A DNA stretch of 64,000 bases, from NCBI GenBank assembly GCA_951406725.2, contig OX597831.1:61008001-61072000 (forward strand), in the 5' to 3' direction. The translations under genes were made by a program, and so were the position numbers. Positions 1 through 12,242 of this stretch are shown piece after piece. Origin of the DNA: Octopus vulgaris (taxonomy: Eukaryota). Within the stretch, counting starts at the first letter, position 1. Each line of letters begins with the position of its first letter. The notes under the pieces were generated by a model. It ran no database searches. It saw nothing but the letters and a program-made list of their open reading frames with translations, and was not told the origin of the DNA.

Positions 1-264
1 ATACAGAGTCATTCTCTCCTAGCAAATATTACAGCTAAAACATATAATCCTGTTCTTCTAAATATTATAGGAAATCTGTCGAGGTGAGAATTCTGAAAAG
101 GTCAAACATTGTACAAAGCATTCTCCTTGGTTGTCTCAGCACCGATGTCTCTTAGTATTGGTTATATTTCAATATTTCATTGTATAACACTACCTACACA
201 ATAGTACATATTTTGGGATACGAATGTAATTTAATAATTTATTATGTTTTTATGTATTCTGTAG

Positions 265-342
265 ATGATGTTATTTCACACAATGAATCTTTTCTTGTTG
301 GCCTAAGTTACTATAACTATATTCAAATGCATGTTACACATG
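265..342 (+). CDS. candidate 78-nt internal exon (phase 1-1), product unknown
   Basis: Acceptor tttttatgtattctgtag and donor G|gttagg; open frame (D)DVISHNESFLVGLSYYNYIQMHVTH; no homology recognised. Confidence 0.2.
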
Positions 343-531
343 GTTAGGTATTTCAAACACTCATCTTTACCTTCAATAGAAAATGATAAAAATGGTAACA
401 ATAATAAGAACCACAATTCTGTAAATAAGTATTTTATATTAGTCTACTCATCCTGTTAACACTATTTGCTTATTTTGGCAGAGAACTTGTCGATATACGA
501 AACCAGACTTATGAAAAGTATATGACTTTTA

Positions 532-717
<186 letters not shown>

Positions 718-2226
718 AATACAAAGAAACAGTAAAAATACGTAATATAAATAAAATAAGAAAATAAAACCCCTACCAAAATGAAGAAAATGACAGTTTG
801 TTTTGTAAATATATCTCATATATTTAACTTTGCTTCTTTTCATCTAAGAAAAGAGTTTACAGGACACCAACATATTGCAATTTATTTCACTAATCTATTC
901 ATCTTTTGGAGTCCTGTCTGAATGAAAGATTAAATTTCATTTTCAGTTTAACTCTATAATATTCATAAGGCAATGCAATAACAGTTTGTTAACTCATCAA
1001 ATGAGTTGATCTCTTGTCTTTTCTTTTAACATCGTCGTCGTCGTCATCATCATTAGCAGCAGCACTATCATTTTCATCATCGTTGTTGGTACCTTTGCCA
1101 TCACTATACCATCATTACCTCTGTAAAAATTCACCCTCTGTAAAAAATTGCCCCCACTCTCATGATCGTAATCGCCACCACACCATTATCATCACCATCA
1201 TCAACATCCATAGCCTCCTTATCATCATCATTTTCATTATCATTTTGATGTCATCATCACCGTCATCAGATTTACGCTACTCCCCTTCTTCTTCCTCCTC
1301 ATCGTCCTAATTGTAGTCATCGTTGTCATCGTCATCATTATCATCATCGTCGTCGTCATCGTCGTCGCTTTTGTCTCATCCACCACCACTATTACCAGAA
1401 AGTAGTGCAGTTATAAGTGAGAAAGAAAACATAATCAGGTTTTAAAGGTCATTCTAATATAATAAATACACTGATAGATTTTATAGGTTTTGATTAAGGA
1501 AAGAGTTCAATAGAAGAACTGGTAGAATTCTCTGCGAAACACCTTGTGGTATTCAGTTTCATGTACTTATAGCCTGAGGGGGAATTTCCCCAACGTTTAC
1601 TCTACTTTTTCATCTGTGATAAATCGATAAAATAATTTCTGGCCATGAACCAAGGTGAATTTCATGGTTATTCATTTCTTCAAAATATTTGGCTGATTTC
1701 CAATGTCAAAAATTGTTATAGTTATACTGATTAAAAGCAGTGGCGTGATATGAGAAAGTACACCTTATGAAGCTCCTTCCAGCTTTTAGTTACGTTCTTG
1801 TACATTAAGAGCTTAAATCCCTTTTGGTTCAATTTTGTGTTTCATCTCCTCAAAATCAATGAAATAATTATTAGTCATGCACAGAGCTTTGTGAAATCGC
1901 TTACAACGTTCTGTTACAGATTTGTGTCTTCATCGCATGCACAAGAAAAATATATTGGTTTATCTCATTCATATGACTTCTCATAATTATATCTTATGCT
2001 TATGATTTAATACAGCATTCACATAACTTATCACAATCGTATTAATATGACTTGATATCACATTCATATGATTTTTATCCCATTTATATAATTTACATGT
2101 AAATTAACATCTGCTCAAATCGCAACATTTATAGCACAATATAGCCCAATTAAATACAATCCTTGCTAAAAATACTTTATATATTAATAATTATTTATAA
2201 GATCTATAAATATATTTATATATACC

Positions 2227-2413
2227 AGGGTACTACATAAGCACTTGCTTCACTAAAAATAAAAATAAATATACTCCTAAGCCACACAAGAATCACTAAA
2301 TTAATACAGGTATGATATGAAAAATTTTAATGAATAAGAATAGCGATTTAGCTCTGCAAAGAATGCAGTAGGAATGACAGTTAATCTGATAGCGTGATTT
2401 CGAATTTAGCACC
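2227..2413 (+). mobile_element. solo copy of the terminal arm of the MITE-like element at 3196-3568
   Basis: agggtactacataagcac...gtgatttcgaatttagcacc is a direct match to 3197-3330 and the reverse complement of 3380-3567. Confidence 0.7.
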
Positions 2414-2637
2414 AAAGTTCTATGATTCTCTTCAGTCAGATCTGCAAGAAATATCTAACAGTATTCACCGCTACTATGTCTATAATTCGTTTGAGTGCCC
2501 GACCACCATTGAAACAAGGGAATCAGGGGAAATTATTTACAAATATGAGAGAACATTATTATTGCTAAAAATAATAACGTCAGTGACTGCGTGCCTAAAA
2601 GCCGTATAAGCAAAATTAATGATTATATATAAGATAT

Positions 2638-2908
2638 GTTGTTTGTTCCTTCTCGAGCCACGCCTAGCTCTTGGCGTATAGGTTCCCCACCAGGATGCGA
2701 CGCCGGTCCGTCGCTGGTAAGGTGCAAGATGCAGAAGGAAAGAGTGAAAGAAAATTGTGGCGAAAGAATCATCAGAAGTTCGTCATTATCTTCTACCGGA
2801 GCCGCGTAGAGCTTAGGTGTTACGCTCATAAACACACACATCGCCCGGTCTGAGATTCGAACCCGCGATCCCTCGACCGCTGCTCTAACCACTAGGTTAT
2901 GTGCCTCA
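2638..2908 (-). mobile_element. tRNA-derived SINE (family B)
   Basis: Minus strand has box A (tagtgg) and box B (ggttcgaatc); colinear with 51555-51858; short ataagatat duplication on the flanks. Confidence 0.85.
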
Positions 2909-2940
2909 ACACATAAGATATATAAATATACTTATATATA

Positions 2941-3173
2941 TATTTCTTTATTACCCACAAGTAGTTAAACATAGAGGGAATAAACAAGGATAGACAAAGG
3001 TATTAAATCGATTACATCGATCCCCAGTGCGTAACTGGTACTTAATTTATCGACCCTGAAAGGATGAAAGGCAAAGTCGATCTCGGCGGAATTTGAAATC
3101 AGAACGTAACAGCAGACGAAATACGACTACGCATTTCGCCCGGCGTGCTAACGCTTCTGCTAGCTCGCCGCCA
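2941..3173 (-). mobile_element. tRNA-derived SINE (family A, MetaSINE-like body)
   Basis: Head ggcggcgagct..., body gcctttcatcctt.agggtcgataaattaagtaccag; flanked by a ~21-bp TSD atataaatatacttatatata. Confidence 0.85.
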
Positions 3174-3195
3174 ATATAAATATACTTATATATAC

Positions 3196-3568
3196 TAGGG
3201 TACTACATAAGCACCAGCTTTGCTAAAATTAGAAGTGAAAATACTCCTAAGCCACAGAAGATTTACTAAATTAATTGAAGCATGATAGGAAAAAAAAAAT
3301 TAGCGAATAAGAATAGCTTTCAACCTCAGCAAAGGTAGATGTCTATTGCAGATTTATCAGACGAAATCAAGTGTATCTGGCGGTAAATTAGAAATCACGA
3401 TATCAGATTAACTGACATTCCAACTGCATTCTTTGCAGAGATAAGACGCTATTTTTATTCACTAAATCTTGTCTCCTATCGTGCCTGTATTAATTTAGTG
3501 ATTTCTCTGTGGCTTAGAAATATTTTGCCTTCTATTTTTAGGGAAGCAGGTGCTTATGTAGTACCCTA
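3196..3568. mobile_element. MITE/foldback-like element with long imperfect terminal inverted repeats
   Basis: tagggtactacataagcacc ... ggtgcttatgtagtacccta; the arms pair over ~130 bp; TA-rich flanks. Confidence 0.7.
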
Positions 3569-3589
3569 CTATATATATAAATATATTTA

Positions 3590-3782
3590 GGCGGTGAGCT
3601 GGCAGAAACGTTAGCACGCCGGGCGAAATGCGTAGCCGTATTTCGTCTGTCGTTACGTTCCGAATTTCGCTGAGGTTGACTTTGCCTTTCATTCTTTCGG
3701 GGTCGATAAATTAAGTACCAGTTACGCACTGGGGTCGATGTAATCGACTTAATCCCTTTGTCTGTCCTTGTTTTTCCTCTCT
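3590..3782 (+). mobile_element. SINE family A
   Basis: ggcggtgagctggcagaaacgttagcacgccgggcgaaatg... matches the other family A copies. Confidence 0.85.
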
Positions 3783-4351
3783 GAAAAACAGGTTACTGTA
3801 TAATTCAGTAGCAGCATAATAATATGGGTTGATTACATTTGTGAGGACTCTTGAAGATATGTCTGCATGATCACAGCTAATGTAAATTCTTATGAAAAAT
3901 TTTTCCACAATAGATGAAAATTGCACATATGGCAAAAGGTTAAATTCAAATCTTGATGGTTTTCAAAGTTAACATAAATTTTTCATTTATATATCTTAGA
4001 CTTTAATAAATCCAATAAAATATGTATGGTAATTAATCACTCAGAATATGCCAAAAATATGTAAAAATAAATGGCATATAGAAATAAATGAAGTTTATAA
4101 GTTGTTATTGATATTATTTTACTTATCAAATCGTTCAGTCTTACTTGCTCCGGTTGCTTTTGTGAGAGCGGACAGCAACCTGCTTTCAGAGGTCTAACAG
4201 GATCTCTTTCCACAAATTATAAGCTTTTGGTACCTGGATGATAAATTATCATGGAAGTCATTTAACACACAAGCACCGACCTCAAAATCGGCGCTGTTCT
4301 CAATAGTACAGTTTCTTGGGGCTTGCTTGCTGCTCTAATGTCAATCCCAAT

Positions 4352-4400
4352 TCTTCTTCTTCTTCTTCTTCTTCTTCTTCTTCTTCTTCTTCTTCTTCTT

Positions 4401-4433
<33 letters not shown>

Positions 4434-4532
4434 CTTCTTCTTCTTTTCCTTCTTCTTCTTCTTCTTCTTCTTCTTCTTCTTCTTCTTCTTCTTCTTCTTC
4501 TTCTTCTTCTTCTTCATATTATTATTATTATT
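4352..4532. repeat. (TTC)n followed by (ATT)n microsatellite
   Basis: Direct reading. Confidence 0.95.
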
Positions 4533-4559
4533 GAGAGAGCAGCAAATGCACTCAAAGTC

Positions 4560-4880
4560 ACATCATCACCGTTCAGCGTCCATCTTCCATGCATGCATGA
4601 ATAGGGCGGTTGATAAGAGCTGACCAGGTAGAAAAACTACTCAAGACTACTGTGCACGTTTTGGCACGCATTTTACGGTTGGATACACTTTTTAACACCA
4701 ACCCCTCCGCAGAGAGGATTCAGTGCTTTTTACATGGCACTAGCACAGGCAACGTCAGTATTGGCATGATTTTTACAGCTGGATAACCTTACAAAAGTGA
4801 ACTACATTACAGTGAGGACTGAATGCTTCTAAAGTGACACCAGTACTGACACATTAACCAAGTAACTCGCAAGACACAGG
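4560..4880 (-). mobile_element. degenerate SINE-like repeat
   Basis: Internally repeated tttacggttggatac / tttacagctggatac motifs and a catcatc terminus resembling RTE-type SINE tails; heavily decayed. Confidence 0.4.
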
Positions 4881-4914
4881 ATTAAGAGAGGGGATGGGCC
4901 ATTTGAGTAGGTGA

Positions 4915-5688
4915 ATTTGATTTCTTTGCAACGAGGCGCTGTTTCAGTTCCTCCATTATTAATTTCAGGCCCTTTCATTCAAAATCATGATTTCCGTTCA
5001 GGGCCCTGTTTTTTTGTTCGCTTTTAAGTGCCCCCCTTCTCTTTCTGTCTAACAAAGCAATGTCCTTCGATAGCATATCTAACTCCGCCTGTATTCTTCA
5101 GCTCCACCATGGATCTTTTTTCTTGTCAATCCCATTTTATTTCTTTTTCTTGACATCAACACCCACATTTTCTGATACAACTTGTTTCTGTGATGTTTTT
5201 TGTTCTGATGTATTTCAGAATTTTATACACATTTTTACGTTTCTTGATTCAATGTCCATCAATCAACCTGTTTAAGGTTGCAAATAATGTCGTTATCGCT
5301 CTCCGGTAGCTTCGTCTTTATTCTGTCGTAAATAGCATTTTGCCCATCTGTCATGTCACCATCTATATGCTTCTCATCGAACACGCTATCACTGTTCCTC
5401 TCCACTGATTTATTAGAGATCTCAGCTCTGTTTTATCAGTAAGAACTGTATTTTCATCAGTTCCTCCGCTACTGTCTTCCAATACCCGTCTTTTGATAGC
5501 TTCGACCTCTACTTCTGTGAACCAACGATTCTTTCTTATTATTCTAGCTTGATCACATAATCTCTGTTTCGTGAGTTGAAACAATCCTCTTTCTTACCAT
5601 TGATCATTCATACGTTGTCAGCATCCCCTAATATGAGCACCATTTTCGTCTACTTGGTTGCACAGGTAGCAGCACTCCATGGTCACAA

Positions 5689-5689
<1 letters not shown>
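4915..5689 (-). mobile_element. N-terminal fragment of an RLE-type (Dong/R4-like) LINE ORF, decayed
   Basis: Peptides VTMECCYL..VDENG..IRG, QRLCDQARIIRKNRWFTEVEVEAIKRR and GLKLIMEELKQRLVAK; abuts (AAT)n. Confidence 0.7.
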
Positions 5690-5760
<71 letters not shown>

Positions 5761-5789
5761 CATAATTATCATTATTATTATTATTATTA

Positions 5790-5821
<32 letters not shown>

Positions 5822-5823
5822 TT

Positions 5824-6300
5824 GTGAGAGAGCAGTGCATGCCATCAAACTGGCACTGAGGTAAAAAGTACGAAACCTAGTATACCCACCATGACTACCA
5901 ATCTGATAAGGGTACACAAGGCATATGCATCACAACCGTATATGCGTGAAATAGTGATCTCATAACAAGACAAACAGTGCATGACCTTGCAGGTGGGGCC
6001 CAGTTAGAATTTGCTGCAAGTCGAGTAGCCCATCCCGCTTAAAATGTCCCTCAATAAGGGTTGTTTAAGAATGATGAACAAAACATCCATTTTTCCAAAA
6101 GTGAATTATCCACACTCCAAAGAATTCCTCTCAACACATGGCTATTATACTCCCCCATTATTTCACCTCGTGATTAGAGGTGTACATACCGTCAGACACT
6201 AAAGGACATGATCCACTGGTTAAGGTCAAGCAACTGACAAGCAAATCTGGTGCTGTGCAGAATATTTGCTGTAGCCCACTTTTATACCAAGACAAAACAA
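5824..6300 (-). mobile_element. non-coding (AAT)n-tailed interspersed element (family F), 5' end truncated at the Penelope element
   Basis: Colinear with 11732-12197, 59759-60208 and 60467-61007; the 3' end runs into (AAT)n at 5690-5822. Confidence 0.85.
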
Positions 6301-8520
6301 GCTTAAGGAATATGTTTTTGAAACAATTGGTCACGAGGAGTCAGAAAATCCTATGCTTACTGAAAATAAAAATGATGATGATCGAATCTAACATAATTAG
6401 ATTAAAAAGAATTCCAGTTGGTATCCAGATAAAGCTCGGGATGGACGGTCACAAGCACTACTGGCATTTCTTGAATCTTCTCGGACAGGTATTAGAGAAA
6501 TCCTTAAAACAAGTGGAAGGAAGTCCTGGAATGAGCTCACAATACCCAAAGTTACGCACTCAAATGTCTAGCTAATAATGATTATATTGTTATTAAAACT
6601 GGCGGATAAGGTAGGCGCTATCGTAATTATGGATGAAAGTGCGAATAATTTGGCTTGTGAAGACGTTTTAAATAACAAAACTTCATATGAAGAATTACTT
6701 GTCGATCCAAATCCAAAATTCAGAGAGGGACTTGATAAAATAATTCTGGAAACAGTTTCATTAATAAGGCATAATCCAGGATTTTACGGTGAGAAAGAAT
6801 AACACCTGTGTTTTGTTCTCCCTAAAATACACAAAAAGTTCGAAAGATTTCCTCCAATGCGCCAAATGTGCAGCGGATATGAATGCCATTCGGCCAAGTT
6901 TTCGGAATGACTGGAAGGCTTTCTATTCCTTACTGCAAAAAGATCAATTTCCTATATTCGGGACACTTTTGATTTTGTGTCAAAAATCAACAACTTTTTA
7001 AGCAGAACTATGTTTCGGTAACCATGGATGTTTCTTCCTTATATCCCAATATTGACAATGATGAAGGGATAGAACTATGCATGCATGCCTTCGAAAAGCT
7101 GTCAAACAAAAGTAATTCCATCAATTTTTTCTCTGTGAAATTTCGAGGTTTGTGTTACGAAGTAACACAGTGAAGTTTGAACAAAGATTTTACCACCATG
7201 GTTGCGTCATGGGTATTCCATGGCAGTTACTTCTGCTAATGTCTTCATGACGAAATTCGAGTCACAGTTATCAAATACAATCAAATCCCTCCATGGTCAT
7301 GAACAAATACTTTGGTTACGGTTCATTGATGACGTATGTTTTGTGTGGGAAAGATCAGAGGATTGTTTTACTAAATTCTTGAAGTCCAACATAAAATTTA
7401 GGTTTAGATTTTCAAAAACTAGCATTGTATTTTTGGACACAGAATTTAGGTTTTCTAGAGGCAGAATTGTAACAGAGTTATATTACAAGCCTACATCATC
7501 GCACATTTGTCTCCGATTATCCACATCATATTGTTCCCTCAAATCCGAAATCCCAATTTTTTTTAGGCATTTTCGCAGGCATTTCAAAAGTGTTGAATGA
7601 AAATTGGCCAAAAAATATCCTCGTTTCAAACATATATTTCCTCAGCCGACTATTGTAGCTTTTAGACGGAATAAGGATATAAGAGAATTATTGACCTCTA
7701 TTTCTGACTCCAAGAAAACGAACATCGGAGTATCTGCACGCTGTACTTTGAAAAACAGCCGCAAGAGAGGTAAGCCCTGTTCATTGTGCAACAACATGAG
7801 TCAAGTCAATTCTATCAAGAATCATAATAGAAATGTTATGATTTATACGGAAGATTGGACATGTAGAGATTCCCATTTTGTATAAATGTCAGAATACACG
7901 AAACACTTGATTCGTGTTGGTTATACAACAGAACCATTGAAAAAAAATTTAATGGGCACAGATTCGACATCGGGCCCAATAACAGTAGTTGGACAGAACC
8001 TGCTGTACATGTTGCTTCAAACGGCTGCAATTTTGAAAAAGATTTGAAAGTGCATATTCTCAGAAAAATTTCTGAGTCTACTTCATTTTCACTCCTCAAA
8101 GTGCATGAAGAGAAATATGTTTGCGGAGAAATATTAAAATTACGCACCGGAGAAATAAATAAAATGACGTGAGAATATCATTAAATTTATACAAAACTGT
8201 TTCGTTATATATTCTTTTTCCTTATCTTCTTTCTTTCCTCTCTTTTATCTGACTTTTTTCTGTCTCTTTCTTTTCGTCTGTTATAAAATTGAAACTTAAA
8301 GACTGAAACTTAAAGATGCCATTCTATCAACGTGAGGACGCTGGTTGCTCTCGTTCATACTTTAAATTCAAACTTCTTTAATTTTGAATTTTTATCACCT
8401 GCTATTTTGAACTCAACAAAGATAGACTTATTGTCGAAATATCGTTCAACCAATAAAATATCTATTACAATCGAAATGCGCTCTTCGTCTTGACTGTTTT
8501 CTTCTGTGAAGATCTTCGTC
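6301..8520 (+). mobile_element. Penelope-like retroelement (RT + Cys-rich linker + GIY-YIG remnant + pLTR-like tail), frameshifted
   Basis: KLADKVGAIVIMD; KIHK; SYIRDT.DFV; TMDVSSLYPNIDNDEG; WLRFIDDVCFVW; VFLD..TELYYKPT; C..K....PCSLC linker; FNGHRFDI; T-rich 3' region with a hammerhead-like remnant and AATAAA. Confidence 0.85.
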
Positions 8521-8531
8521 AATCCTTTTAA

Positions 8532-8542
8532 AGTAGTAGTAA

Positions 8543-8590
<48 letters not shown>

Positions 8591-8632
8591 GGTGGTGGTG
8601 GTGGTAGTAGTAGTAGTAATAGTAGTAGTAAT
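8532..8632. repeat. (AGT)n/(GGT)n microsatellite, followed by a degenerate SINE A head (8633-8715)
   Basis: Direct reading. Confidence 0.85.
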
Positions 8633-9624
8633 AAGGCAGTGTGCTGGTAGAATGATTTGCGTGCCGGACAAAATGATTAGGGGCATCTCTTCCGACTTTA
8701 TGGTACGAGTTGAAAAGAACGCTCTATTTGTTGTCAACAGCCACTGCTAGAAGGGTTAGGCCTGCTGCTACTTCTGACGCGTAGCATTTCCTTGACAGTG
8801 AGGAAGTGTACCCATCACTTCTCAGACGGGGAGGAGGAGGGGAAGAAGAGGAGGAAGGGGAGCAAGAAGTGGAGCAGGAAGTAGAGCAGGAGGAGGACAT
8901 ATGCGGCAAATGCAATTTGTGACCGAAAGGAAGTGATGCTAGAGCTACAACATTTAAAATTTTCAGTTTTATGATGTATTATCATTCTTTAATATTGGAG
9001 AAAATTAATTGTAAACGAAGCAGTAACACATAGAATAGGTCATACTTGAGTTCAATTGAAGAACACAGAGCTCAGAAGCGAGCCGTGCTTCAATAATAAT
9101 GAATACGTTGTTTGAATTCTTGTATGAAAGGGATTGAAAATGGCAGAATTGTTAACCTGTCTTATTAATTTTCAAAGACCTCTAAGATTTATTTGCAGTT
9201 AGCTCATTATGCTTGTAGCATTAATTGGATTAGGAATAACTCTTAATATGGATATTAGCCGTGGATATTTTCTAACTTTCAAATAACAGCTCAAATTAGA
9301 TACAGCCGGGTGCAACAAGTGGTCACTATATTTTGTTTTTACTTTCCTATCCATATACTCAACTTTTCGAGACTCACCCTGACTTTTATTTTGGTTATGT
9401 ATTTATAAGTTTTCCCAGAACATCAGCTGGCTCGAAATCCTTTGCTTTCAGTATTCTCCTTGCATGATTGAATCTGTGACTTTTCTGGTGACCTTTAATA
9501 CCATCTATTTCACATGTTTCTAAGGATCTTCGAAACCTATGATAAAATCATTAGGAATATAAAATACGAAATCTTTACCCTCAAGGGATTTCAGCTACGA
9601 CCGTTTTGTTTGTTTCTTTTGCAG

Positions 9625-9760
9625 ACATATTGTCTGGAAATACATTATGTCATGTATCATTATTTTCAAATCTGGCAGAGTGTGATGTGCGACATAAGAG
9701 CAATTCAGCTGCTATTTTTAAGGAATGGCAACGGTATAGGAGTGCTATTGTTGGCTTGCT
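9625..9760 (+). CDS. candidate internal exon, product unknown
   Basis: Strong acceptor ttttgtttgtttcttttgcag and donor CT|gtaagt; phase-1 frame (D)ILSGNTLCHVSLFSNLAECDVRHKSNSAAIFKEWQRYRSAIVGLL is open, and so is phase 0. Confidence 0.3.
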
Positions 9761-10613
9761 GTAAGTGATTTGTTTGAATGCAGCTTTTATAGAAATCTCC
9801 TCCGTTCTTGAATCATTTCTCAAAATCTAACTATGTAACTGTGGTTCATTGAAGTTTTCCTTTGTGACCAGAAAATAAAATATAGACATTTGATTCCATA
9901 TACAACTGAAATTGTTCCTTAACAACTCATCAGTTTCACCAAAATGAAATAAAGAAACATTGAAAAAACATTTACGAAAATTCTTTTATAAATGTCTTCA
10001 TAAAAGGTTAAAGAAATAATGTCATCAAAGATATATTTATTCTTTCAAGCTGCTCAATAAATAAAACAAAACAGAAAGCCTATACATGAAAAAAATATTA
10101 AGTTACATAGTAAATATTTCAATTGTTCACTGAACAAAGATATTTACAATATATACTTCAAGAAATTTAATTCTCGTTTTTATAGAATATATTTGACTCA
10201 CGTATAATGTTAGTTGTTGAGCATGAATGACTAATATTTGTGGCTCATATTCTATCCTAAAACATTAGATTCATCAGCATAATTTAATATCTGTGTTTCA
10301 TACTGGTATCGATTAAAAGGTTCGACAAGATCTCATCTTTCATGCTCAAGACTGTATCATGCCATAGTGTCTGCGTTCAGAAGTTTATTGTGCTGCTGGG
10401 TGTCCTTCCAAATGACAACCACTTTACAGTATGTACTGTGTGCCTTTTATATCTGAAACCAGGACTAGTGAGGTCACTTCTTAACCTACAATAATAAAGG
10501 ACAACTGTTGAAACTGACAGTGTTTTAGGCGTGACTAAGGATAAATATAAGTTGGGGACATACGGTAGAAAAGATATCAGACAGTTCAGAAAGGAGGGTG
10601 AAGAGCAGCAGCA

Positions 10614-11731
<1,118 letters not shown>

Positions 11732-11733
<2 letters not shown>

Positions 11734-12197
11734 GCCCTGATGCAGTACCAGACAGTGGCTGTCATGGCTTCTCATCTTAACTGATTGGAAATGTTATCAT
11801 GTACATTGTTTTGTCTTGGTATAAAAGATGGGTTATAGTACGTATTCAGATGAATACCACAGATCTGCTTATCAGTTGTTTGATCTTAACCAGTTGAGCA
11901 TGTCCCTTAGTGGCTGATACTTGGAAACATGGGTGTTTCCATCAACATCCTTAAACAACCCTTCATCAGGGATACTTTCAGTGGGATGAGCTACTCGACT
12001 TGAAGAAAATTATAACTGGGTCCCACCTGCAAGTTCATGCGCTGTTTATCTTGATATGAGATCACCATGTCGCACACATTTGGTCGTGATGCATGTGCCT
12101 AGTGTACTCTTATCAGAAGGGTAGTCATGATGGGTATACTGGGCTTCGTATATTTTACCCCAGTGTCACTTTGATTGCATGCACTGCTCTCTCACCC
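11732..12197 (+). mobile_element. family F element with an internal deletion
   Basis: Starts atgccctgatgcagtacc and ends tgctctctcaccc followed by (AAT)n. Confidence 0.85.

Positions 12198-12242
<45 letters not shown>

Noticed and set aside
10377-10483. Minus-strand terminal exon RLRSDLTSPGFRYKRH...F*
   Set aside because: Weak acceptor, no recognisable homology and no supporting upstream exons.
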